A stretch of DNA of 62,200 nt, filler included, from Aduncisulcus paluster (Eukaryota), in assembly GCA_024181965.1 (NCBI GenBank). It is 3 parts of 3 records of this genome, joined end to end, with 100 filler letters (N's around TTAATTAATTAA, not from the genome) between each part and the next. Parts side by side here need not be neighbours in the genome. Positions count along the whole stretch, not along the records: positions 30,820 to 47,751 come from BQXS01010799.1; 2 more parts are not named here. One strand, written 5' to 3'. Under the pieces are notes generated by a model. That model searched no databases and was not told where the DNA came from. It saw only the letters and a list, made by a program, of their open reading frames with translations. How positions within the stretch are numbered: position 1 is the stretch's first letter; each line of letters opens with the position of its first letter. A program made the position numbers and the translations under genes. Positions 34,251 to 45,874 of this stretch are shown piece by piece.

Positions 34251-34720
34251 TGAAACTTTTGAGATCGGTGATCGAAGTTTCCAAATAAAAAAACGGCCAA
34301 ATTGGTTCTAGTGAATAGAATCATATTTGAAACACGAAAAAATAAATTACAATATATAGAACCATCAAATAAGATATTTTTAAAGTGAATTTTAGAACTA
34401 ATGCTTAACCCTATAATATAACAATTGTAGTGGATATTTCAACAGATATGCCAACAAGGCCCTAAAAATTATTAATGCATATTGATATTATTATCATTAT
34501 AAATTTTTATATCCTGAATATCTATATAGAACTCGAGATACCCGCACTCTGATCAAATTATAAATAGCTAATATTGATGGAGTTAAAAACAATATTTACA
34601 TATATAACCATTATTTATTAAATAATTTCAAAAAAGGTTGATTTGTTTTGATTCTTTCACTTGAGGTCGTCAAATCTCTGCTTTTTGTCAACCATTAACA
34701 AAAAAAAAAAATTTGATATT

Positions 34721-36157
34721 ATGTATCCATTCGACTTTATGCATCATTCTGAGGAAGAAAGGACCCCAGATATTGTGCAGAGTGTGCTAGATACCGCCCA
34801 ATCTGGTACTGACCTTCACCTTCTTTCTGGGTCTCAAGGTGAACTTATTCCTGGCTTCTCTCCCTTTTACTCGTCCCAAGTGATGCCGTGTCTTGATGCC
34901 GACTTCCAGTTCTCAGGTTACACAACGTCTTCTCCTGAGTGTTTTCCCAATGTGTGCCCCCATGCCTATTCGGCTGATTCATTCCTGGCCGCCCCCGTGG
35001 ATTCTTACGCTCCTCCTATGGATCAGATTCTTCCTGCGATGGGTGTACATCCGGTGATATCTGGTTGTGGTTCCTGTGCTCCTTCTCCTACCTTGGATAT
35101 TCTTCCCCTGGCTTCTTCAGTTGGTACCCATGCTTATATTCCTGCTGGTGAGGTCCACACTCCTTTCCAGAGTTTTATCCAGCCTCCGACGGATGAAGCC
35201 TTTGATGGTTTTACTCCCAAAGAGGAGGAGTATGATCGTTCTTCATATCAATCTGAAAAAGACTCTTCTGAGTTTTCTTCTCCTGATTGTGACAAAAGAA
35301 GGTATTCAACAAGGAAGTGCTCTCCAAAGTTCGATAAATTATCGTCTGAGGATGAAGAGAGTATCTATGAAGATTCTGGTCGTGAAAGCCGCAAGGTTCC
35401 TGCCTCATGTGATGTTGTCTTGCCATGGAAAGCCAAGTATCTTGCTCTTAAGACTTCTAACGGCGAGAAAAAGCCCAAGAAAGGAAAGAAGAATCGCAGA
35501 ACTGTCCGTGATTCAGCTCCTTGTCACTGTGAACATCCTCTCGAAACTAGAGACCACCCCTTGCTGTTTCTGATACTTAATTTCCACAAATACATACCCT
35601 GGAGCCGCGATTCAACCACTAAGGCTCTTCTTTTCAAGAGAGGTTGCTGCGAAGCATGTCTTCAAAGCGCTGTTAAGTTCTGGGGAAACACTAACCGTGG
35701 TGTACCCTACTTCGCTCTTTCCGGAAAGTTCAAGCGTATTTGGGATTGTATCCTCAACGGATGGACCTTTACTGAAATTTTCATGAAGGAGTTTGTTGAA
35801 ACTGCTTCCTGCCAATCTGAACGTGATATGTTACTTCATGCTCTTCTTGAGATGTCTGAAGCTCGTGGAGTCGATCCTGTTTCTGGCACTAGATCTGAGA
35901 CCTTTATTTTGCGTACTCCCATCCATGATCGTTTCGATGGTCTGTATGCCCGTTATATGTTTCTTCTCGCCACTTGTGATGGTTCCAAGGGTAAGGAGTT
36001 GGCTTCTCTCTCAATCCTCCCCAAGGAGAAGAAGGTTGCCAAGGGAATTAAAAAGGAGTTGTACCTTCTCTTCATGAATGCCAAGTCTGATGAAGAGCGT
36101 CGCAGCTACTATGAAGCTGTTAGAGACGTGTCCAAGTTTAAGGATAGTACTTTTTGA
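34721..36157 (+). CDS. Hypothetical nuclear protein with transcription-factor-like layout
   Basis: Pro/Ser/acidic N-half, NLS-like KKPKKGKKNRR, CHCEH and CCEAC, then a globular C-half; strong C/T-ending codon bias; likely start MYPFDF. Confidence 0.8.
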   Translation: MYPFDFMHHSEEERTPDIVQSVLDTAQSGTDLHLLSGSQGELIPGFSPFYSSQVMPCLDADFQFSGYTTSSPECFPNVCPHAYSADSFLAAPVDSYAPPMDQILPAMGVHPVISGCGSCAPSPTLDILPLASSVGTHAYIPAGEVHTPFQSFIQPPTDEAFDGFTPKEEEYDRSSYQSEKDSSEFSSPDCDKRRYSTRKCSPKFDKLSSEDEESIYEDSGRESRKVPASCDVVLPWKAKYLALKTSNGEKKPKKGKKNRRTVRDSAPCHCEHPLETRDHPLLFLILNFHKYIPWSRDSTTKALLFKRGCCEACLQSAVKFWGNTNRGVPYFALSGKFKRIWDCILNGWTFTEIFMKEFVETASCQSERDMLLHALLEMSEARGVDPVSGTRSETFILRTPIHDRFDGLYARYMFLLATCDGSKGKELASLSILPKEKKVAKGIKKELYLLFMNAKSDEERRSYYEAVRDVSKFKDSTF

Positions 36158-36668
36158 GTCCAAGTTTGAGTTTTGTTTTCTTCTGATAGGTTTCTTCTGA
36201 TTCTCTGCCATCTATATTATTATTTTTCAACTATTGTCGTACCTTTGACTGTGAGTTTGTTTTATCTGTGTGTTTTCAATTCTGAGTTCTATCTCGAATG
36301 TTGCTCACTCCAACTCTCATCACGTGACGAGGCATTGCCAATTTTTGATAAAATGATAATTTGATTGTTGATAATCATATATAATCTATTGAAGGATCAT
36401 TGATTCCTTGGATGATTTTCCCATGTAAATAAACTTATTCATTTTAATATGGTCACCTTCTTTAATCTCTCAATTCAGCAATTACAAAAGAGTTATTGTT
36501 TGAGCATTCAAAAAATAAAATAAATATCACTAAATTATTCATAAAATTATTGGAAATGGATCTACAAGAATGAAAATATGATATTGGCGCGACTTATAAA
36601 TTTTCTTATAATTTCAATTTATTTTTCTGTAATTATTCATTTGGTCATTTAATTTATTTTATTTAAAT

Positions 36669-38282
36669 ATGTCTAATCGTGTTTGTGGAGAGATTTTTCG
36701 TAAAAGCGACACTAAACACATATTCCCAGCTATTCCTACCAATTATGTTGTTAATATTGATAAGTTACGATGCAGTGGGCGCTTTTTTGTTGGAGATCGA
36801 ACCGAATTAATGTCAATGCTTCAAGATATATCTGGAGTCTGGTTCCAAGAACTTTTCCTGACCTTTTCTGAGCCTCAGAATATTGATTTTGTCTATATCC
36901 TTATACAAAACAATAGTTATGCCCCCTTGAGATTTAGTCTTCGACTTTATACGACTGATGGTCGCTACATCGGGAATTTTTCTGTTCCTTATTCACCCTC
37001 TGAATATACGTGGATTCGGTTCCCAATCAAGTTTAAAAACATCTATAGATGCGATGTTGTGAAAGTGGAAAGTCGAGATGGAACTCATCATGTGATTTTT
37101 GACGGAATTCGTTTTGTTGGATTTAATGAAAAGCTTGATCAAACAATAGACAAATCATCATTATTGGAGCCTAGGAAATCAACAGAATTAATCGAAGAAA
37201 TAGATGCTCTGCCTTCGATGGCTACATCTTCGTCATTTTTCCAATATACTCGCCAAAAACGAGATTCATCTCTTTGCAAAGCAAGTGGATCATTTATATG
37301 TCCACCTCACACCCCTCCAACTGGATACCAGTCCTCCAAAGCTGATCAATATGCAATTACCAACTCAAATCGAAAAACTATCACTGCCATGCAAGTTGAG
37401 AGCGATATCGACTCCTATCTGAGAAAAATAGAAAGTGACATTGACGGAGAACTTGGATTAAGATATTCACATCCAGATCACTCCACTATTCAATACCACA
37501 CTTCTCTTCCTCAGACAGAAATCTCTGTTGTCACCGATACAGATAAAATTTCACTGAATCTATCCAAACAATCAATACAAAAAGAATTTAAATCATGCCA
37601 GACAACCATTGATACTTCTGAAGTCCACCATCAACCTCCATCCCAACATACTGTACTATACTATACTGAACAGGACCAAGTTGAAGAACAGGACCAAGTT
37701 GAAGAACAAGAAAAAGGAGTTGAAGAACAAGAAAAAGGAGTTTGTCATGCTCAAGTTGGCATGTTCCTTGGACAAAACGAAGACAAAAGCCCTGATGAAG
37801 ATCGGTCCTTTTCTTTTTCCGAAGACAAAAGTGCTGATTCTTTTCAAGATGAACAAGATGAAGAAAGGGAGTCTGGAGAGATTAGAATTAAAAATGAATC
37901 AAAAGAACTCTCTCTCGTTGAAGATGACAAAAATACCAAGAAAGAAAAAGAAGAAGAAAAAGAAGAAAAAGAGGCGAAAGATAGACACAAAAGTAGTGAT
38001 CTTGTGCCACAATCGATGGTAAAAGAGCTTGAGGAAACAATCCAGGCATTACACGAAGAAAACTCACGCCTGAGCAATCAACTGAGTGACTTTGAAATGA
38101 AAGTTAAGCAACTTGAAGAGGACAAAGCAAAACTTCAGGAAGATCTCTCTGAAAAAGATCAAGAATTAGTTGAAATGAAGGAAGAAATTGAGATCTTAAC
38201 TCAAGAAAAGGATGAATTGTGGGAGAAAAACGATGCTCTCCATGAGGAAATTGAGACTTTGCAAGAAGAGAAAAATCAGTAA
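36669..38282 (+). CDS. Expanded-family beta-sandwich domain fused to an acidic linker and C-terminal coiled coil
   Basis: N-terminal FQELFLTF...IDFVYI...SYAP.RF...W..FPI...IYRC motif; C-terminal heptads. Confidence 0.82.
   Translation: MSNRVCGEIFRKSDTKHIFPAIPTNYVVNIDKLRCSGRFFVGDRTELMSMLQDISGVWFQELFLTFSEPQNIDFVYILIQNNSYAPLRFSLRLYTTDGRYIGNFSVPYSPSEYTWIRFPIKFKNIYRCDVVKVESRDGTHHVIFDGIRFVGFNEKLDQTIDKSSLLEPRKSTELIEEIDALPSMATSSSFFQYTRQKRDSSLCKASGSFICPPHTPPTGYQSSKADQYAITNSNRKTITAMQVESDIDSYLRKIESDIDGELGLRYSHPDHSTIQYHTSLPQTEISVVTDTDKISLNLSKQSIQKEFKSCQTTIDTSEVHHQPPSQHTVLYYTEQDQVEEQDQVEEQEKGVEEQEKGVCHAQVGMFLGQNEDKSPDEDRSFSFSEDKSADSFQDEQDEERESGEIRIKNESKELSLVEDDKNTKKEKEEEKEEKEAKDRHKSSDLVPQSMVKELEETIQALHEENSRLSNQLSDFEMKVKQLEEDKAKLQEDLSEKDQELVEMKEEIEILTQEKDELWEKNDALHEEIETLQEEKNQ
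37668..37742 (+). repeat. In-frame coding tandem repeats (18 nt x2, then 21 nt x~2)
   Basis: GAACAGGACCAAGTTGAA x2 then GAACAAGAAAAAGGAGTT(GAA) x2, encoding EQDQVE / EQEKGVE. Confidence 0.85.
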
Positions 38283-38390
38283 CTTTCAAATCAAATTTTC
38301 AATAATTTATTTAATTCTCCTTTTCTTCTGAAGTGATTTTTTTTTTGTTAGTCAAAAACACATTCAAAATAATTAATTCAATTTTAATTC

Positions 38391-41300
38391 TCATTTATAA
38401 GCAGTAAATTCATAATCCTTCCTTCTCCTTCCTCCCTTTTCAATTCTCTTTCCATCTAATACAACTAAACTTGGCAACATGGAAAGAATAACGGTATTAT
38501 AGTCGCCTGTCCTACACACAGGATTACCAGGAGCCAACGTAAGACTCTGAAGACTCGGAAGAATATTAAGTCTGAACAAGGAAGAAGTGTCTCGAATTCT
38601 ATTTTTAGAAGCAGTCAACAACCTTAATCTCTTCAAGAAGTGTGGGTGTGACTCGAGGATACTTTTGCTCGGGAATACACTATCCAAACCACGCAATCCA
38701 TTGTCATCGAGGTGCATAACCTCAAGATTAACTAACGGAATCAAACAAGACCCTGAGATGCTCCGGAGAGAGCATCTGGACAGATCAAGGTGTGTTAAGT
38801 GTGTTAAGGAAGCGAAAGTGGATGCTTCTAGCTTTGACAAGGGGTTACCAGCAAGAACCAATTTACGGAGACGTTTAAGCTGAGAAAAACAGAAGGAAGG
38901 AACTCGGTCAAGGCAATTATCTGCGAGATCAAGCAAAACAAGCTTGGAACTAGAGTTCAGATTAACAATCCCTGATGTTACGAGCCTGTTTCCTGCCAAA
39001 CAAAGCTCTCGAATGGAAGGAAGAGGTGGTAATGTCGCGAGAGACTGCATATGATTACGTGATAAATCCATTCGAGTGATAGTGGAAGATCTTGGGTCAG
39101 AGCCCAAAGCCCCGAAATCTCTCAAACTTAGATTACTGAGATCAAGGGTAATGTCTTGTTTAGAAACCAATCTTGTTTCGTATCGTTTTTCATCTACTTC
39201 TTTTGTGAAAGCATCATTCAGTTGATTTCTACTAAGAGTCCCTTCATGTGTTAGTGCAGCCTGTTTCTTTTCAGCATCAGACACAGCTTTCCCATCCAAA
39301 ACCTTGATTTTTTTCATATGGAAGATCACATATAATCGATACATTCGGTCAGCTTCCGCGAGAGAAACAGAACTGCCATAAGAATCAACAATTTCATGAG
39401 TCAGGGGATTGCCACACAGTTCCATCACTGAGAGTCCATATTTAGAAAGAACCTCAACAGAATCAGTGTGGAGTTGATTATGGGATAAATATAGTTCGGA
39501 CATGTTTGGTTGGAGACACCCATGACGAATATGTTCCACCTGATTGTGTGATCCATTCAAAGCTCGAAGGGAATCAATTTTCATGACATTCTCAAAGTTT
39601 TTGAGCATATTATGTGATAAATTGATATGCCAGAGTCGTTTATGATGGATATGAGAGGCGTTCTTGGGAGATTGAGCACGAATAAGCTCTCCACCTCGAG
39701 AATTATCAGGATTTGGTCCACCAAGAGTCAATTCATGTATACAATTGCGGGACAAGTCCAATTCTTGAAGGATGGGACATGCCCGAAGAAATGAGGTGAG
39801 TGGAAATGAGGATATTTGGTTATTACAAAGATTTAAGACGGTCAAACATGGTAATGCAAAAGAAACAAAGGAATTAATTGAAGAAATAAATGAATGACTC
39901 ATGTCAATATGAACAGCATTGGCAAGATTGAATTTTGCTTGTGACTGAGAAAAGGTCGCCATATGGGTGTGATCGTCAGATTTTCCCTCAATTAATCGCA
40001 TCCCATTCTCAGCCCGTTGCTCAATGCTATCGTCATCGTATGAACACAAGGATATGGAGGAGATGCACAGCGATGAGGACAAGGCAAGACTATCACGAGC
40101 GTCAAGGGAATATGGGAAAGAAGCTCCACTAAACAGACTATGAAGAGAAGGCTTTGAGAATTGGTCTGAAATAGCTCGGGAAGAACCAATTCTGGAATAT
40201 GCTTGGTAACTTCTTGAAGAGGGTTCAAAGAATCCTGAGAAATAGTGATCTACCCTCATAACATTAGTCCTTGTCATGATATTCCTCACTATATTGAGAA
40301 TCTTGGAATTGACGCATGGATTCGAGTCCTCTTCATCCTCTGATGTCACACACATAATGGGGTTTAAATCGAGATACAGAGCACGCAAAGCTGGGAATAC
40401 ACAAGAGAATACAGTATCAATGTTTGAGGAACAAAGGGATGATTCCAACTCCCCAGATATGTTTGAAATGTTATTATCGACGAGTGAAAGAGTGTGTAAT
40501 TGAGGGAAAGAAAGGACTTGCTTCAGACGTTTCCGTTTTTCGTCATCGGAACACAATGAAATATCTTCATCGCTCAACACAAAACAAACACGATCAACCA
40601 CATTGCTATCACAAATAATTTCTTCGAGACAGGGGTGACCTTCACACAAAACAGAACGAAGTCCTTTCGTACCGATTCTATTTTTAGAACAATTAAAAAT
40701 CTTTAAGCAAGGGAACAGAGATAAAAATGATTTAATTCCCCTTTTTGCTGCCAGTAAACCATTCAACTCAGCATCTGACATGTCCAACCCAACAAGAGAA
40801 AGGGACTTGAGCCTGGCAGTAAAGCCACAGGAAGCAAGCGTCCCAGAGCGGACCAGTCGAGGTTGTATTCCAGAGGAAGCACACAAAGTATCATGCAGAG
40901 TATGGCCTCTTGTGAAGCTAGCCTCCAGGGAAAGTGATGACAGTATCGTGTGGGTCGCAGATGTGAGAGATGAGAGTGTATTGAATAAGAAAGGATACGA
41001 TGAAGCCAACGGATGGTCTCGTACTGTGGAAGCAACTAAACTTGAACACATATCTCCATCAGCGACTGCATCCTTCCTTTCCTCATTCTTGCTCTCTTTG
41101 ACCGTAAGACCAGCATCTTTCAATACTTGACGGATACTCTCGCACACCGCACTGATCTTCCTCTCTCCCCCCTTCCTGTACCTCCTTGACCACCGTGCAC
41201 ACCCAGCAACACCCTCCAGACCGAGAACAACGGCAGGATCAGGTGACTCGCTGCCAAGGTCGGTCTCACTCACACCACAACTGGCACAGCATCCAACAGC

Positions 41301-44300
41301 ATGCCCCACAACATCGTGGTCCTCGTCGGATGACAACGAAGGGAGTACGAGTGAGGATTTCTTCTTAAAATCTCCAGAGGCGAGGATTTGAGGATCATCT
41401 TCATATTCATAGCTGTATGATAGAACATATTCAGGGACAACACATTGTTCATCGAGACAGAAGAACATCGCAGCCTCATCGAGAAGGTGGGCTTTGTCAT
41501 CCTCTTTCCTTCCTGCTTCATCATCTTCATGTTCAACATTCCAAACATGTTTCTCTTTGAGAAGTTTCTCATACAAAACAGTCGTGTTTGAATCTTTTCG
41601 TAAGGCATGAGTGAATGAAGAAGGAGGAGGAACTCCATATAGAGGCTTATAAGGGAAAGAATGGTGAGGGAGGGGAGGCGGAAGTTTGTGAAGGACACCA
41701 TTTTCATCACGGATAGGTTGCAAACGCTTTGGCTTCCTTATCAAAACCTTGCATACAAGCACACAGCATCGTCTTTCTTCCATTGAAGGCGGGGCACACT
41801 CGCCATTGGAGCCACGAATCATGCGAGAGATGATATCATCGTCGATAAGATTCAAACTATCAGTGAAAGGAATAGCATGACAAATTCCACACCGAGCATA
41901 GGAAGAAGGAGAAGGCACACCGATTTGAGTGTATGAGGAAAGAAGAGACTCTTGGGAGGGGGAAGAGGGGGAGTGGGGAGAAGTTGTATCCGAGGGTGTG
42001 CACAAAGAACTAAGGATTGAATCAAGGTCTTTCTCAGAAATGGCATTGATGGGACTCTGACCACACTTCTTCATCCATTCTGCCTTGAATTCCTCCTTCC
42101 ATCTCCTGGACTTTGTCTTCATTCCGCCACATCCGTTCACTCTTTCTGATTGAGAACATCCACATACTAAAAATAGATATTGGTGAGAAACACTTACACT
42201 ATCACCCTCACTTTGTTCGAGAGCACGCGCAGCTTCTACAGCACTCTCAAGAGCATCGTCTGAGATATATTTGACCTTTCTGTATCCCTGCTTCCCATTT
42301 TTAACAAGAGCCGGCGAGACCTGGGTATTGTCATTTGTCTCATCATACAGGCCACGTAAGAATCTGTTATACACTCGGCTGACCCTGTGGATGTGTAACT
42401 TGACGGATGGTGGAAGAGATACACGTGATGACATGAGTTTTTGGATAGGTTCCAACCATTTGCTTCTTCCAGCAATCCCAGTGTCACTCCGACAGTTCCC
42501 ACCTGAACTGTGCTCAGCGATAAGAGAAGTGCAAATTGATGAAGAGAATGACACATTATCGCTTTGGAAGAATGCAGATATGCTTGCTAATGAAGCCACT
42601 GTGGATGATATAGATTTGTACAAAGAAGAACACAGAGCAAGAAGAGCTCTGAGAGTAGCAAGGGAAGGAAAGAGCGAAGGATGGGAATGAACAAGCAGAG
42701 GGTCAAGGACAGCCGAGGAGAGAAGTGTTGAGAAATTAAGCTCTTCTTCTGTTGTGGACATGGAAGGTGAAGAGAGGAGAGGAGAGGACATCGCAGTGCC
42801 AGTGCCAGGGTCTCCATGGGATATTGCCCGTTGGAGTCTATCGGCCATGGCATATTCTTCGACTTTCTCAACGAATGAATCCTTTTTGTTTCCTAAAAGA
42901 ATGTTTAACTCCCGAATAATCTGCCTGAGTTCTGAAAGGGCTTCAATAAGTCCAACTTTCTCTTTCTCTTCCACCATTCTCATAGCACTGCCACAGGCAA
43001 TAAATGTACGCGTTAGTGCGTGTATTTTCATCCGATAATAAAGCATTTTACGACTGAATACCCTCACAGCATCATCTACTTCTCGATCATTCACTCGAAC
43101 ACCATCAAGGACCGAAAGAGTGGAAAGATGATGCAAGGCAAATGTTCTATAATTAGCAAGATGAGAAACAGGTGCTGCTCCAAACATGGGATCGGAGAGA
43201 GAGAGAGATTGAAGTCTAGTGAAGACACGAAGATACGCAAGATCAAAAAAAGAGGTCAGAGGATTTCCAGCAAGGGATAAATGAAGGATTGGTGGAGGAA
43301 TTGATTGAATATGGACATCACGGAGACGATTACAACTCAAAATAAGTGAANNNNNNNNNNNNNNNNNNNNTTTTCATCCGATAATAAAGCATTTTACGAC
43401 TGAATACCCTCACAGCATCATCTACTTCTCGATCATTCACTCGAACACCATCAAGGACCGAAAGAGTGGAAAGATGATGCAAGGCAAATGTTCTATAATT
43501 AGCAAGATGAGAAACAGGTGCTGCTCCAAACATGGGATCGGAGAGAGAGAGATTGAAGTCTAGTGAAGACACGAAGATACGCAAGATCAAAAAAAGAGGT
43601 CAGAGGATTTCCAGCAAGGGATAAATGAAGGATTGGTGGAGGAATTGATTGAATATGGACATCACGGAGACGATTACAACTCAAAATAAGTGAACGCAGC
43701 CTGGGGAAAGATGGAAGATGGGAAAGTGATGTAAATTCATTATAACTAAGATCTAAAACACGAAGACTAGGCAAAGCAGCCATATCTCCGAAAGATGAAA
43801 GGTGGTTATTGTCTCTAAAAAAATAAAAAAGGGAAAATATGTTTTGAGAAGTAAGTTAAACTAATTTGATCTCAATATGAAAAGAGAACAGTAAATAAAA
43901 CATACAAATATAAGAATTTCAAATTTGAAAGCGAATTTAATCCATTTCCAATAACAGTTAAATTATTGTCGGATAACCATAGTACTCTGAGATTTTTGAG
44001 GGTATGAAGACCGGATATTTCTTGAATTCCACATTTTATGAGCGAAAGGATTCGCAAATGATAACAGAATACTTCCAAACCCCTAATTTGGTCAAAATCG
44101 GGTTGCAAAAACAACTCAATTCGCCGGACAAAATTTTCTTCATTTGGACAAAGAGAATGAACATCTGTGGGTTCAATAGAAGAGCTTAATTTCTTTGTTA
44201 TGGGCTCGGAGTATGGTCTTTGAATATATTTTTCACTATCTGAGTCTTCATCAAAAGGATCTTCCATTTCATCCTCATAGACATCAAAAACGGCACGTTT

Positions 44301-44472
44301 ATCTAAAATGTCTTGGTAATATGCATTATCAAATCCATTGCTTTCGCACTAATCAAATTGAACATATGTCAGGAGGTAAGAAAGACGCAAAGCATTTATC
44401 GTATTGCAAAAATAGAATAAATTAATTGTTTTTAACACATACTAAGATTGATAAATATCTGGAATCACTCAT
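38391..44472 (-). CDS. LRRC9: LRRC9-like protein: N-terminal LRRs, central PARP-like domain, C-terminal LRRs; 3 exons (44472-44443, 44348-43906, 43814-38391), ~1850 aa after removing the gap duplication
   Basis: LCESNG start, IELF, LRRs, L.DP.F...PV..L.NY....L.HL..L..LD and K.LYY.M match LRRC9 as recalled; central YLF...F.DS...VLVCKV...PEYVL.Y.Y; spliced/merged length 5553 nt is in frame. Confidence 0.8.
43815..43905 (-). other. Spliceosomal intron, 91 nt, phase 2
   Basis: GTATGTTT...TTTTTTTAG; splicing yields the canonical LRR LKFLYLDNNHL. Confidence 0.9.
44349..44442 (-). other. Spliceosomal intron, 94 nt, phase 0
   Basis: GTATGTG...CTGAC...TTGATTAG; joins MSDSRYLSIL to CESNGF... in frame with ORF 44267. 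Confidence 0.85.
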
Positions 44473-44671
44473 GTAAACGACAAACAGCAAAATAATGTTG
44501 CAATTGAATTTCCAGTTAATATGCCCGTAATTGAACTCTAATTCATAACTCATTATGAATGTTATTTTTAATATCGATTTCCTTACATCTTGATATCATT
44601 TAAGCACCAAGGTAGACAAATACTTCTCTATTTGGGCTGGATCAGTTTATTACACGATTAAATAGACGCTT

Positions 44672-45328
44672 ATGTGTCCAAAAGTGTCAAAAGTTGCAGA
44701 ATTTCTTAAAGAGTTTCTTATCTTATGTTCATTAGAGGGCTTTCAATATGTGACCTTTGAAACTCGTGGAAGGGAAGAAATGATGGTTAAAATCACCCCA
44801 CCATCTTCTTTTTCATGGTCAAAAACAATGTTAAAAGGAGAGGAAATAGATAAAAGTTTAGCTCCAGCCTCTCCAAGATATCGAGAAATTCTTGGTGACG
44901 AGATCCCAGATAATAGTGGGTTATTTCTCTTAGCGTTTTATCAAAAATATGGTAAACCTGGATGTTGGGCCAGAAATATTAAAGAAAGTGAGAAATTTAT
45001 CTCAGATTTACTCGGAGATGACATGATTCAACTTCATAGCCTCTCAGATTGGCGAGATCATCCAAGAGAGGCCGTTTTGAGAATTATCTGTGAATTAGTT
45101 GATGTTTCATGTGGGATAAAGGAGGCCTTCAAGTTGAATTTCGATGCCATCAGGTCCTATTTACATGAGAACACAACCGCTCAAGCCATTTCATTATATT
45201 CCGGACTAATAGAATTATATAAAAATTTATATTCAAATCCTTGGTATATTGAACATGCGGGATCAGAACATGTTGTTGAAGCAATTGATTTCCTGTGTGA
45301 TCATTTGGCTTTGCTTTTGGCGGTATAG
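44672..45328 (+). CDS. Hypothetical protein
   Basis: 218-aa ATG ORF with globular composition, divergent from the LRRC9-like gene. Confidence 0.7.
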   Translation: MCPKVSKVAEFLKEFLILCSLEGFQYVTFETRGREEMMVKITPPSSFSWSKTMLKGEEIDKSLAPASPRYREILGDEIPDNSGLFLLAFYQKYGKPGCWARNIKESEKFISDLLGDDMIQLHSLSDWRDHPREAVLRIICELVDVSCGIKEAFKLNFDAIRSYLHENTTAQAISLYSGLIELYKNLYSNPWYIEHAGSEHVVEAIDFLCDHLALLLAV

Positions 45329-45409
45329 ATACTAAAATATGAATTGGTTCCATTACATATTTTCTATGGTTTTTCATATATTCGATTGGATTATTGAGTT
45401 AATTAACCA

Positions 45410-45434
45410 ATGATACTATCATGCTTAGTAAGCA
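45410..45434. repeat. 25-nt twin-palindrome element TACTA-N7-TAGTA (copy 2)
   Basis: ATGATA-C-TATCAT overlapping by 1 nt with TGCTTA-G-TAAGCA, between convergent genes. Confidence 0.85.
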
Positions 45435-45874
45435 AGATTTTATTCTTACAAAGTCAAAAAATGTTCAGTATAGAGAAGAAAATCACAATCCAAATAATAT
45501 TATATTAAAAAAACTTCCAATAGAGTGAATTAATTGATAGAATATGAAAGAAAGGCTCAAATATGCCCGTCTAAGTTAATAATTCCATTTCTGGAATAAT
45601 AATATTCCAAGGGGAAAAATAAGAATAATATTTTCAAAATTAAGAGATTTGTGGAATTGGTTTGAATAGGATTGGCTGAATGAGTCAAATCAATGCAACA
45701 ACATGGAGATATCCAAAATAACAAATAATGCTGATAAAATAAATTATAAAAGACAAAAACAAAAGAGGTTAAAAAAGAAATCACTAAAAATAACCCTTCG
45801 CGGCGTAATAATAAATAAATAAGCATCCGCATGACTGATGATAAGCATAAAAATAGCATTACATCAGAAGGTCA

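Noticed and set aside
37668-37742. CRISPR-like spaced repeats
   Set aside because: In-frame coding tandem repeats without spacers, in a eukaryotic gene; no cas genes.
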